A DNA stretch of 64,000 bases from Sulfurospirillaceae bacterium (lineage in GTDB: Bacteria; Campylobacterota; Campylobacteria; Campylobacterales; Sulfurospirillaceae): positions 1 through 64,000 of the forward strand of contig JAWVXD010000002.1 in NCBI GenBank assembly GCA_033723415.1, read 5' to 3'. A program made the position numbers and the translations under genes. Positions 39,882 through 50,425 of the stretch are shown in pieces. Every line of letters begins with the position of its first letter. Within the stretch, counting starts at the first letter, position 1. The notes beneath the pieces are model-generated. The model saw only the letters and a program-made list of their open reading frames with translations. It was not told the origin of the DNA and ran no database searches.

Positions 39882-42807
39882 CCACCAACTCCAAACCTTT
39901 TGAAGTGGTGACAAAGCCTTCTATGATGATCTCTTTGTCATGTACCATTTTGTGATGCAGTTTGCAAAGCGGGATTAGATTGTAGCGGTGATTTTGGTTG
40001 ATGTGTTCGATTCGTCCAAGTTCGTCTGAATTTTTTTGCTCTTTGATGTGATGCACGTCATCTGCTTTTTCACCACAGATGGCACAAGTCGAGAGATAGA
40101 GCTCTTTATTGTAAGTGCTAGTTTTTTTCTGTTTGAGTCGCTCGATAGGCGCATACTCATCACTAAGCCTTTTCCTTATATCATTTGCTATTTTTAAAAA
40201 ATCTCCGTCCATATGTAGTGATTTTGCAAACTCCAAACCGTATTGCGAGCTTCCGCTACCTGATTTTAATTTTCTATCAAAGATCAACTTGTCTTCATCA
40301 TTATTGTATAGGACGCTTAGATGAAGTGATATGACATTGTTAAGTTCAGATATTTCTTTTAGGGATGGGAGTTGATGCAGATGTGTGGCAAATAAAAACA
40401 AAGATTCCAATTTGGCAAGTTTCAGTATCGCACTTGCTACTATGCTCACTCCACTCAATGTCTCGGTAGAGTGACTTATCTCATCTCCTAAGATCAGTGA
40501 TTTTTTAGAAGCACGATTAAATATATTTTTGAGTTCCAACATCTCAACGGCAAAAGAGGAAAGCCCTTTGGCTATATTGTCCGCTCCGGAGATTCTGGTA
40601 AATATGTTATCAAAAAGTATAAATCTCATAGACTTTGCAGGCACGTAAAATCCGGCTTGGGCAAGTATCACACATATACCTATAGCTTTCATTAGAGAGC
40701 TTTTGCCTGAGCTATTTATACCGTAAAGCAAGATGCCATGAGCTTTATCATCACTGTTTTTCAATATCACATTGTCATCATCTATCGCTTTTGCAAAACT
40801 CAGATCTCCCATGATGATGTCATTTGGGACAAAAATACCTCGCTCTTCATTTGCTTCGATAATAGGATGTCTAAGTTCGCATACCTCTATAAAATTTATA
40901 TCGTTTTCTTCTTTTTGGATTATGTGAGGTTGGACATATCCGTGTTTTTTTGAAGTTTTTATATTTGACACACTTACGTCTATCTCGGAGATGAAAAGCA
41001 CTAACTCCTCTAAAAGGACAGCAAACTTTTTCTCAAACTCCATCACCTTTTCTTTGAAAAGTGCCTTATTTAGCTCTACTATCTTTTTTGTATTATGAAC
41101 GAATTTGTCCGAGATCTCATTTATCAATGTGTTAGTGATCTTAACATTGGTTGTTTGTATTTTGATTGAGAAGTCTTTAAAAAGATAAAGTTGATCATCT
41201 ACTATGAGATGTGATTTCAGAAGTTCATCTTTCACGCTCATGTATCTGCTTTTTGTAAGTCCTATATAAAATCCCTCTTTATCAAGGCGATTTATCGTAA
41301 CAAAATTTTCATTTGAGTTGCCTAGCACTTCTAGTATATGTTTTCGAAAGATATCTATCTTATCTCTCAGGGCTTTATTTTCTGCTAAAAGCTTATCTAT
41401 CTTTGGATTGATCCCCTCTTGTATCATATTTTCATCAACATCTTTGAGCATAAATCTTCCACTCACGTTTAGATCGAAAGTTGCATCAATCGCTTTGATA
41501 AAGAGCGTCAGCTCATCAGAACTGCAAGGTGGTGTAAAGAAATGATAATTTTCCATGAATTTTACGACTTCTCTCACAGATATAAGCGAGTCATACAAAT
41601 AATTTAATTCAAAGGGATGCAAACGTGTAAGTTTTATACGACGAGTCAATCTCTCGATATCATAAATATTTCCAAGTTCATTCTCTATAGCCCCATGATA
41701 ATCATACAATTCTCTAGAGAGTTTATATCTGCGGTTGATCTCTTTTGCATCTTTTATCGGATGAGTTAGTCTCTCTTTTAGAAGTCTCTTTCCCATAGCG
41801 GTCGATGTTGCATTTATCAGTTTGAAAAGAGACGGATTATGCGGTGTTTCGATGATATTTAGCTGTTCTAGTGCATTATTCCCAAGATATACATAACGGC
41901 TTATATCCAACCTGATCGGATGTGAAAGTTTTTGTATAATATTTGGATCATGTCCTATTACAAAGTCTATGAGAATCGCTAGTGATTCACTTGCGAGCGG
42001 ACTAAGTTCCAGATCAAGATGTTCTATAGGCGAGAGTAGAGTCTCAATCCTAAATACACTCCGAAAAAGCTCATTTTGATAAGAGATCTTTGGATGAAAA
42101 GAACCGATGTGAAAAGTTTTGGAACTTAGTTCAAGATACTCTATGACCTCTTGTTGTTTTATAGACTTATCGGCAAATGTTACGACAACTTCAGAGGTTT
42201 TATGCATATGCATATAGTTAAAAATTTCGTCAAGAGCAAAACCGCCGTCTTCTTTCGTTCCGTAGACTTCATTGTAGTAACATTTCCCTGTTGTGACATC
42301 AATAGCACTGTAACCTATGTGAAAATTGTTGTCGTTGTATCTGTCTATGACCAAAGATGTTACATTGTTCTCATCTTGATCTACTACAAAATCAAAATTT
42401 GTACCTGGACTTATGATGGCATCAAGATAACGACTGACTTTTGGAGGGATTCCTTTTTGTCTTATGATGACTATCGTATATCTTTGTTCAGCGATTATAC
42501 GACTGAGATGTTTTTCAAAAGATACAGCAGGAACTCCAGCCATCAGAGGGTTATCTTTGGAATTTTCAATTATAGATTTGTTTTTTCTTGTCAGTTGGAT
42601 ATTTAAAAGTTCTGCTATTTCTTTGGCTTTTCCTATACGCAGCTTTTCGTTGTTGACTTCATACGTCTCAAAAAAAGTTCCTACTTCCATCAAGACAACG
42701 ACATCTTTTCCATACTTTTGCTCAAAGAGTTTTTGAATATCAAAATATGCTACTGTGAGGAGTTTTGACTTGTCTGTTAATATCTCTGTTATTTCTGTAT
42801 TTATCAT
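39874..42807 (-). CDS. MutS-family ATPase fused to a C-terminal HNH endonuclease (MutS7 type)
   Basis: EVGTFFE, GINSSGKS, SSFAVEM, DEISHS and FATHLH motifs; C-terminal CAIC...VHHI...NLIPLCKLHH. Confidence 0.9.
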   Translation of the reverse strand: MINTEITEILTDKSKLLTVAYFDIQKLFEQKYGKDVVVLMEVGTFFETYEVNNEKLRIGKAKEIAELLNIQLTRKNKSIIENSKDNPLMAGVPAVSFEKHLSRIIAEQRYTIVIIRQKGIPPKVSRYLDAIISPGTNFDFVVDQDENNVTSLVIDRYNDNNFHIGYSAIDVTTGKCYYNEVYGTKEDGGFALDEIFNYMHMHKTSEVVVTFADKSIKQQEVIEYLELSSKTFHIGSFHPKISYQNELFRSVFRIETLLSPIEHLDLELSPLASESLAILIDFVIGHDPNIIQKLSHPIRLDISRYVYLGNNALEQLNIIETPHNPSLFKLINATSTAMGKRLLKERLTHPIKDAKEINRRYKLSRELYDYHGAIENELGNIYDIERLTRRIKLTRLHPFELNYLYDSLISVREVVKFMENYHFFTPPCSSDELTLFIKAIDATFDLNVSGRFMLKDVDENMIQEGINPKIDKLLAENKALRDKIDIFRKHILEVLGNSNENFVTINRLDKEGFYIGLTKSRYMSVKDELLKSHLIVDDQLYLFKDFSIKIQTTNVKITNTLINEISDKFVHNTKKIVELNKALFKEKVMEFEKKFAVLLEELVLFISEIDVSVSNIKTSKKHGYVQPHIIQKEENDINFIEVCELRHPIIEANEERGIFVPNDIIMGDLSFAKAIDDDNVILKNSDDKAHGILLYGINSSGKSSLMKAIGICVILAQAGFYVPAKSMRFILFDNIFTRISGADNIAKGLSSFAVEMLELKNIFNRASKKSLILGDEISHSTETLSGVSIVASAILKLAKLESLFLFATHLHQLPSLKEISELNNVISLHLSVLYNNDEDKLIFDRKLKSGSGSSQYGLEFAKSLHMDGDFLKIANDIRKRLSDEYAPIERLKQKKTSTYNKELYLSTCAICGEKADDVHHIKEQKNSDELGRIEHINQNHRYNLIPLCKLHHKMVHDKEIIIEGFVTTSKGLELVVK

Positions 42808-43105
42808 GGGAGTTATTTTATCAAAAATTCGCTTGGAGTTTGACTTGTCCTTTCGATTTATCACAACTATTTCTCAAAGTAAGACATAATTTCCTATACG
42901 AACTTACAAATCCTAATCTAACGATGATGAAAGGATGTATATAATCAATTATAGAAGATATTAGATGAGTAAAGATATTCCTTCTGGTTACAAAATATAA
43001 TGATTTACAATCTAAATGATGATATTTTTAACTCAAATTAATATAAATTGAAGAAAGGATATAAAGTGTGTTATAATGGATTGCACTCTATTATAAAGGT
43101 ATGCT

Positions 43106-44158
43106 ATGATGGAACTCTCATATAATGTACTTATAGTTGATGATATCAGTGACAATATAAAAATTGCAATGAATATCTTAAAAGGAAGCAATTATAATTT
43201 TTCTTTTGCCCTAAATGGAAAAAAAGCACTAGAGATAATTAAAAATAAAAGATTTGATCTGATCTTATTAGACATCATGATGCCGCAGATGAACGGTTTT
43301 GAAGTATGTAAAATACTAAAACAAGATCCGATAACACAAGATATCCCTATCATATTTTTGACTGCGAAAACAGATATAGACTCTATAACAGAAGGCTTTA
43401 AATTAGGTGCTGTTGATTATATCACCAAACCTTTTTATGCAGAAGAACTTATAGCAAGGGTTACGACTCATTTAGAACTATACAGAGCAAAAGAAGTACT
43501 AAAGAAAAACAATTTGGATCTAAATATAAAGATGATTCAAACAGAAAAGAGACTGATCTCCGAACTTGAAGAGACTCAAAAAGAGATCATTTACCTTCTA
43601 ACCGAAATGATGGAAGCCACTTCCGATGAAACAGGGAAACATATAAAGAGAGTTGCCGAGATATCCAAACTCCTCGCGGTACTACATGGTAGTCTGGGAG
43701 AAGATGAAGTGATGGAAGTATTTTACGCATCACCGTTACATGACATAGGCAAGATCACTATCCCTCAACATATATTGCATAAACCTGGTAAATACACGGA
43801 AGAAGAATTTATCATCATGAAAGAGCACACCACAAATGCTCACAAATTCTTGCAACACTCTAACAGAAGATTAATGAAAGCCGGAGCTATCATCGCTTAT
43901 CAACATCATGAGAAATGGGACGGCACAGGATATCCGCGAGGTATTAAAGGTGAAGAAATCCATATCTATGGGCGAATCGTAGCGATAGCTGATGTTTTAG
44001 ATGCTTTGACGCACAAAAGAGTTTATAAGGACTCTTGGAACTTCGATAAAGCCAAAGACTACATCATAGAGCGAAAAGGAAAACAGTTTGACCCATATTT
44101 GGTAGATCTCTTTGAAAAAAATCTAGAAAGTTTTAGAAATATTATAGAAGAAAAGTAA
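43106..44158 (+). CDS. Response regulator with HD-GYP phosphodiesterase domain
   Basis: REC LLDIMMP; LHDIGK, HHEKWDGTGYP and IADVLDAL motifs. Confidence 0.94.
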   Translation: MMELSYNVLIVDDISDNIKIAMNILKGSNYNFSFALNGKKALEIIKNKRFDLILLDIMMPQMNGFEVCKILKQDPITQDIPIIFLTAKTDIDSITEGFKLGAVDYITKPFYAEELIARVTTHLELYRAKEVLKKNNLDLNIKMIQTEKRLISELEETQKEIIYLLTEMMEATSDETGKHIKRVAEISKLLAVLHGSLGEDEVMEVFYASPLHDIGKITIPQHILHKPGKYTEEEFIIMKEHTTNAHKFLQHSNRRLMKAGAIIAYQHHEKWDGTGYPRGIKGEEIHIYGRIVAIADVLDALTHKRVYKDSWNFDKAKDYIIERKGKQFDPYLVDLFEKNLESFRNIIEEK

Positions 44159-47100
44159 TGAAAACGATCCTGGGGTTTTGTTTCATTCTTGTGTTTCACA
44201 TATCCATCTTAAATGCCTCTGTTCATTTTACCCCTGAAGAGCTCAATTATATAAAACAACATCCTGTTGTAATGCTTGGAGCAGATTATAAATGGCCGCC
44301 TTTTGATTTTGCTGATCAAGACGGTGTACCCTCAGGACTTTCGAGTGATTTTATAAAGCTAGTTTCTCAAAAAAGCGGTTTAAAATTTGAAATAAAACCT
44401 GGTATATGGGCAAATGTACTAAAAAAAGTTCAAAATAAAAAATATGATGGTCTGACTTGCGCAGTAAAAACAAAAACAAGAGAAAAATATCTAAACTTTA
44501 CAAAACCGTACCTCTCAGTACCTATGGTTATAGTAACACAAACCGATACCAAGGGAATCAACAAACTATCTGATCTCAATGGAAAAGTAGTCTCGGTAAA
44601 TAAAGACTCATATATAAACGAATGGTTACAAAAAAAATATCCAAAAATCAAACTCAAACTTTCCAATTCAAATGAACAATCTCTCGAAATGCTGTCATTT
44701 GGGAGTGTGGATGCATATGTCGGAAATCTTGCTGTCAGCACATATATCATAAACAAATATCTTCTTAATAATCTCAAGATCGCAGCAAAAGTGGATGATT
44801 TCAATACCTCTGTTAGTATAGCGATAAACAAAGACAAACCTCTTCTCTTTAGTATAATCCAAAAAAGTTTGGACAGTATATCAACACAAGAGATGCAAAA
44901 AATAAAAAGCAGATGGAGTGAAAATCTTGCTATGCCTAATGAGCTTTTAAAATTTACAAAAAAAGAACAGGCATGGATCGATAAACATAAAAAGATAAGA
45001 TTTGTCATCGATAATGATTTTGGACCGCTTGAATACCTTTCAAAAGGTCCTGATGCTAAATATTTAGGGATCGCAAGCAGCTACCTGCAGATCATCAGTA
45101 AAAAAACAGGCATAACATTTATCAGAGTTCCAACAAAAGTCTGGTCACAAAGCGTTGACATGATCAATGAAAGAAAAGCCGATATGTACACTTGCCTACT
45201 AAAAACACCCTCAAGGGAGAAGGTAGTAAATTTTTCTAAACCATATATCACCATGCCACAAGTCTTTATAACAAGAAAAGATGCAGGATTTATAGCCGAT
45301 ATTCAAGAGCTATATGGCAAAAAAATCGTCTTGGTGAAGAGCTATGCGATCAGCGAAATACTCCAAAAGGAACACCACAGATCAAGTACCTCATCGTTCC
45401 AAACATCATGGATGCCTTTAAAGCTATAGTCAAAGGGAAAGCTTATGCGTATATAGATCTTTTGCCGGTTGCCAGCAACTATATTCAACAGATGGGACTC
45501 TCCAATCTAAAAATCTCCGGGATCAGTAACTATAAATCAAATTTTAGGATGGCTTTGCGTAATGACTGGGGAACTGAAGGTATCAAAGTCTTGAACAAAG
45601 TAATAGACTCAATCTCAGAAAGTGACAAAACTAAAATATATAACAAATGGGTTCGAGTGAAATTTGACAAGGCAGTTGATTATACACTATTAGCGGAAAT
45701 TGCCGGAGTATTTTTACTGATCATAGCCGCTTCATTGTTTTGGAATAGAAAACTCTCTATAGAAATCGAAAAAAGAAAAAGAATTGAATTAAAACTAAAA
45801 GAATTGAATAAAAAATTGGCACATGCCACAAATGAAGCAAAAAGCGCAAGTAAAGCAAAATCAAACTTTCTATCCAATATGAGTCATGAGATAAGAACAC
45901 CAATGAACTCTATCTTGGGATTTGCCGAACTTTTAGATGAAAAAGTAGAAGATAAAAAGCTCAAATCTTTTATCAAAACTATCAGATCATCCGGAGAAAG
46001 CTTGCTTGTCCTGATCAATGATATATTAGATCTTTCTAAGATCGAATCAGGGAAATTAGAGATCATCAATAGCAAAACAAATATCAAAAAAATACTAGAA
46101 GAGAGTATAAGTATATTTACCTTGCAAGCTGAACAAAAAAACATATTGCTTGAATTAAGCATTGATAGTATGATGCCTGATGCCGTATTGATAGATCAAG
46201 TCAGACTCAAAGAGATAATCATAAATCTCATAGGAAATGCACTAAAATTTACAGAAATCGGTTCTGTGAAAATTATAGCAAAAGTAAATGCCGTGTATGA
46301 GCATCTCAGCAAAGTTGATTTAGAAATAAGAGTAGAAGACAGCGGTATCGGGATAGCAAAAGAGGCTCAAGAACAAATCTTCAATGTATTTGAACAACAA
46401 AACAATCAAGATGTAAGAAAATACGGCGGTACAGGTTTGGGACTTGCTATAAGCAGAAAACTTGCTATCCTTATGGGCGGAACACTGGTAGTTCAAAGTG
46501 AAATAGGCGAAGGCTCAACCTTTATTTTAGAACTAAAGAATCTTGACATAGCTTCCTTACATGACCAAAAAAATCCAGATACGATGGTTGATGATTATAG
46601 CTATGTTGAGTTTGAAAAAGCTGTGATATTAGTGACTGATGACATCGAACAAAATAGAACTTTAGTCAAAGAGTGTTTTACCAATACCAAAATAAAAGTG
46701 ATTGAAGCCCTAAACGGACAAGATGCTATAGATCAAGTCAAGAACAACATGATAGACCTGATCTTAATGGATATAAGGATGCCTATACTTGATGGTTACA
46801 GCGCTACTGAAATCATCAAAAAAAACTTTGATATACCTATAATAGCATTGACTGCCTCAATAATGCAAGATGATATAAACAAACAAAAGATAAAAATATT
46901 TGATGGATATCTAAGAAAACCAGTGTCTAAAAATGAACTATATGGCGAAGTATCAAAATTTTTGAAATATAAAATAAAGAAAAAAGAAAAAAGCGCAGAT
47001 ATCGAAGTGGAAGATATACAAGAATTAAAAAGCTTTTTAAATGTCGTATCTCTAGAACTTAAACCCTCTTTTGAATTAGCTAAAAGAACAAACGATTTAC

Positions 47101-47294
47101 AAACCATATCAGCTTTTGCAAATGATCTAAATACATTATCCATCAAACACAATATAAAATGCATGATTCATTTTAGTGAAACTCTTTTGGAGAAAGTCGA
47201 CTCATTTGAGATAGAAACTATAAGCGCAATGCTAAACGAATACGAAAAAATTATGAGCAAACTGATAAAACTCAGTAACGAGCGATCAAACTAA
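44158..47294 (+). pseudogene. Hybrid sensor kinase (two periplasmic binding domains, TM, HisKA, HATPase, REC) split by a single-base frameshift near 45376
   Basis: Adding one C to gaacaccacag restores ...KEHPQIKYLIVPNIMDAF and joins the 423-aa and 628-aa ORFs. Could be a sequencing error. Confidence 0.8.
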
Positions 47295-47317
47295 TTTTTG
47301 AATATTTTCTTCACGCT

Positions 47318-49177
47318 TTAAAGGATTCTTATACAATTTCTACCGGAGCTTTTTGCTTGATATAGTGCCTCATCTGCTCTGGCAACCATCTCATGTGCTT
47401 TGTCATCAGAACGAAAGATAGTCATGCCGAAACTTGCTGTTTTATGAATAATTACAGGAAACACGTAACTTTCTATAGTTTTTCTTAGTTTTTCCGTTAA
47501 ATTCAAAAGATTCTCTTTAGTTATATTTTTCACTATCATGAGAAATTCTTCACCGCCCCATCGACCTATGACATCAGTATCTCTGGAATTATTTTTTAGT
47601 ATATTTGCGAACTCGCACAGTATTTTATCTCCTACTTGATGTCCATGCTTATCATTTACTGATTTGAAAAAATCAATATCCATCATAATAACACCAAAAA
47701 CCGTACTATAACGTTCAGAATGTTTCAACTCTATCTTTAAAACTTCATCTATTTTGGATCGATTATATAAACCTGTGAGGTAATCTTTAGTTACCAATTC
47801 ATTTAGTAGAAAATTTTTCTCTTTTATTTCTCTTGTGCGCTCTTTCACTTTTGCTTCTAGCTCTTTTCGTTTATTTATCTCTTCGACTGTCCACAATACT
47901 CCTTTGCTCAAATCAGCAGGAATATTTTCATCCAGTGCCTTTCCTGAAAGTTCACACCATGTAGGAGTCCCGTCTTTTTTTCTAAGTTTATATTCTAAAT
48001 TAAAAACTTCTCTTTCTCTTAAAGACTCAAAAATCTTTTGACCGAAGTTTTCAAATCTTTTTTGTGTAAGATGCAACTGACGCATACTTATACCTATCAT
48101 ATCTTTTGGGCTATCATAACCAAAGATATCTGCTAGATGTTGATTGCCTTTTATCAATTTTCTTTCACCTGTTATATACATTAACCCTACAAGCGCATTA
48201 TCGAATAATTGTGAAAGTTCATATTCTCGTGCTTTCAGCTTTTTATTTGATGTCTTTGTTTGTTCTAAGATTACACGTTCTTTTTCTTTTATAATCTTCT
48301 CATTGTAAGATTTCTCAATCGCAACTGAAGCCAAATGTGCATAGGAACTGATAAGCTTTAACTCAAAATCAGTAGGAGTGACCGGATATCTATGGTATAT
48401 GGCAAAAGTTCCAAGTATCTCACCGCGTGATGAAAATACCGGCTCAGACCAACATGATCGAAGATTTGCTTTTTGCGCCAACTCTAAATAAGGTACCCAA
48501 TTTTCATGTGTATCGATGTCTTCTACGATCACCCGCTTTTTTTTAAATGCTGCTGCACCGCATGAACCTACCTTTTCCCCAATTTCCAAACCATGAACTG
48601 CTTTGTTGTAAAAATCCGGGAGATTTGGTGCTGATCCGTTTAACAGATGTTTTTTCTCTTCATCAAGTAACAAAATAGAACAGATTGAATTTTCATTTCT
48701 ATCTTCAGCAAGACAAATGATTTTATAAAGATTGTCTTTTAAATTGCCATGTATAGCAATATAATCGGCAATTACCTGATTATCATTGTAAATTATCTCA
48801 TATTGTTTTTCTTTTGTGGTATCTTTTGCAACACAAAATAAACCTAACTGATTTTTGTTTTCATCATATATAATATGTTTGTTCGTGTGAAAATATAAAT
48901 TTTTAGTATTATCTGTTTTTATAACTACGTCTACAGATCCATCCGTATCATTTTCCAAGATCTTTTGATCATCTTCGCTGAACTTAATAGCAAGTTCTTT
49001 CGGGAATAGATCAAAGTTTGTTTTACCGATTACATCTTCTCTGTTTTTTTTAAAAAAAGTCAAAAGTGCATTATTGCAATGCGTATACACTCCTGTCGTA
49101 TTTTTACAAAATGCAGGATCCTGTATTAATTCAATAAAAGCATCCAAGTCTTCCATGTTATATGTTGTATTTTTCAT
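47318..49177 (-). CDS. Diguanylate cyclase (PAS-GAF-PAS-GGDEF)
   Basis: DYLTGLYNR, DIDFFK, RDTD I-site and RWGGEEF motifs; GAF GSCGAAAF...CWSEP. Confidence 0.93.
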   Translation of the reverse strand: MKNTTYNMEDLDAFIELIQDPAFCKNTTGVYTHCNNALLTFFKKNREDVIGKTNFDLFPKELAIKFSEDDQKILENDTDGSVDVVIKTDNTKNLYFHTNKHIIYDENKNQLGLFCVAKDTTKEKQYEIIYNDNQVIADYIAIHGNLKDNLYKIICLAEDRNENSICSILLLDEEKKHLLNGSAPNLPDFYNKAVHGLEIGEKVGSCGAAAFKKKRVIVEDIDTHENWVPYLELAQKANLRSCWSEPVFSSRGEILGTFAIYHRYPVTPTDFELKLISSYAHLASVAIEKSYNEKIIKEKERVILEQTKTSNKKLKAREYELSQLFDNALVGLMYITGERKLIKGNQHLADIFGYDSPKDMIGISMRQLHLTQKRFENFGQKIFESLREREVFNLEYKLRKKDGTPTWCELSGKALDENIPADLSKGVLWTVEEINKRKELEAKVKERTREIKEKNFLLNELVTKDYLTGLYNRSKIDEVLKIELKHSERYSTVFGVIMMDIDFFKSVNDKHGHQVGDKILCEFANILKNNSRDTDVIGRWGGEEFLMIVKNITKENLLNLTEKLRKTIESYVFPVIIHKTASFGMTIFRSDDKAHEMVARADEALYQAKSSGRNCIRIL

Positions 49178-49311
49178 AATTTATAATATCATAAATTTTT
49201 TAAATAAATCATGACATGAAGGTGATTTTGATAATTAAAATTTTTTAACATAGTTGAATATTCACAAAAAAATTGCTACTATGCTGTATCATAATTTTAA
49301 AGGAAGAACTT

Positions 49312-50064
49312 TTGAATAAACAGTTTGATTTTACATCTTTTGAACTAAAAGAAGATAGATATGATGGTGTTACTATTACAAGTATCAGCATACAACATAC
49401 AAGTTTAGAGTTTGAAAAAGAGATACTGAACATCATAGAAAATATTACAAGTAAAAAACTTCTCTGGATAAAACTCTCGATAGAGCGCTCCGATTTAGTT
49501 CCTGTTCTGACAAAACACGGTTTTGTGTTTCACCATTGCAACGAGTGTGATATTACTCTGGTCAAAAAACTCATCGAAAACCCTATCATTCCTACAGCTG
49601 TAAATCATACTTTGGGAGTAGGCGTAGTAGTTTTTCATGGCAAGAATATTCTCTTGATCAAAGACAGAATATGGCAAACATATAAACTGCCTGGAGGCTT
49701 TATAGATGATGGAGAAAACATTTCACAAGCAGTAGAAAGAGAAGTATATGAAGAAACCGGTGTACAAGTAAAATTTGATACGATAATCAGCTTAGGGCAT
49801 TTTTTACCTGCACAATTTGGCGAATCAAACCTTTATGTTATATCTTTAGCCAAACCTTTGTCTACACAAATAGATATAAAAGATGATCATGAGATACTTG
49901 AAGCAAGATGGATGGATGTTGAAGAATACCTCAGCCGTGATGATGTCCTCCCTTACAATAAAGCTATAGTAAAAAATGCTCTACACAAAAAAGAAGGATT
50001 GAAGATACACAACAATATAGAACTCGTCTCAAAACAAAATATGCAGTATGAGCTCTTTTTCTAA
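49312..50064 (+). CDS. Nudix hydrolase with NUDT6-like N-terminal domain (likely TTG start at 49312)
   Basis: Nudix box LPGGFIDDGENISQAVEREVYEETG; N-terminal DRYDG...LLWIKL...GFVFHH. Confidence 0.88.
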   Translation: MNKQFDFTSFELKEDRYDGVTITSISIQHTSLEFEKEILNIIENITSKKLLWIKLSIERSDLVPVLTKHGFVFHHCNECDITLVKKLIENPIIPTAVNHTLGVGVVVFHGKNILLIKDRIWQTYKLPGGFIDDGENISQAVEREVYEETGVQVKFDTIISLGHFLPAQFGESNLYVISLAKPLSTQIDIKDDHEILEARWMDVEEYLSRDDVLPYNKAIVKNALHKKEGLKIHNNIELVSKQNMQYELFF

Positions 50065-50110
50065 GCTTTTCAAAAACGCACCCGTCAAGATTGTATAAAA
50101 AATTATACTT

Positions 50111-50119
50111 TGCTATAAT
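50111..50119 (+). promoter_or_regulatory. Extended -10 sigma70 promoter
   Basis: TGCTATAAT. Confidence 0.7.
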
Positions 50120-50144
50120 AACCCATCAAAACAAAGGAGAAACC

Positions 50145-50231
50145 ATGAAAAATGATCATACGATGATTTCAATATCCACAGCAAAAATCCCTACTTTAAG
50201 CCTCTGTATTCTCCTGCTGCAACTCCTATAA
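50145..50231 (+). CDS. 28-aa small ORF MKNDHTMISISTAKIPTLSLCILLLQLL (leader peptide or small membrane peptide)
   Basis: AAAGGAG RBS directly after an extended -10 promoter; below the ORF-track size limit. Confidence 0.6.
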   Translation: MKNDHTMISISTAKIPTLSLCILLLQLL

Positions 50232-50271
50232 TTTTCCTCGATTTTTTATTTTACTGTTAATTTTCTAGTTT

Positions 50272-50315
50272 TGCCATTTTGGGCGTAATCGTCCGTAGTT
50301 TGGCATTTTCATTAT
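50272..50315 (+). terminator. Compound hairpin plus U-rich tract after the small ORF (possible attenuator)
   Basis: TGCCA-tttt-GGGCG-taat-CGTCC-gtagtt-TGGCA followed by TTTTCATTAT. Confidence 0.45.
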
Positions 50316-50425
50316 TTTTTAATTATCATGATATGGATATTTTGATGCAAGCACATACAAAATAGGCTGATCGAAACGATTAAAAACATCTCTCAAAAAA
50401 TAACACAATGAACAAAGAAGGCACT

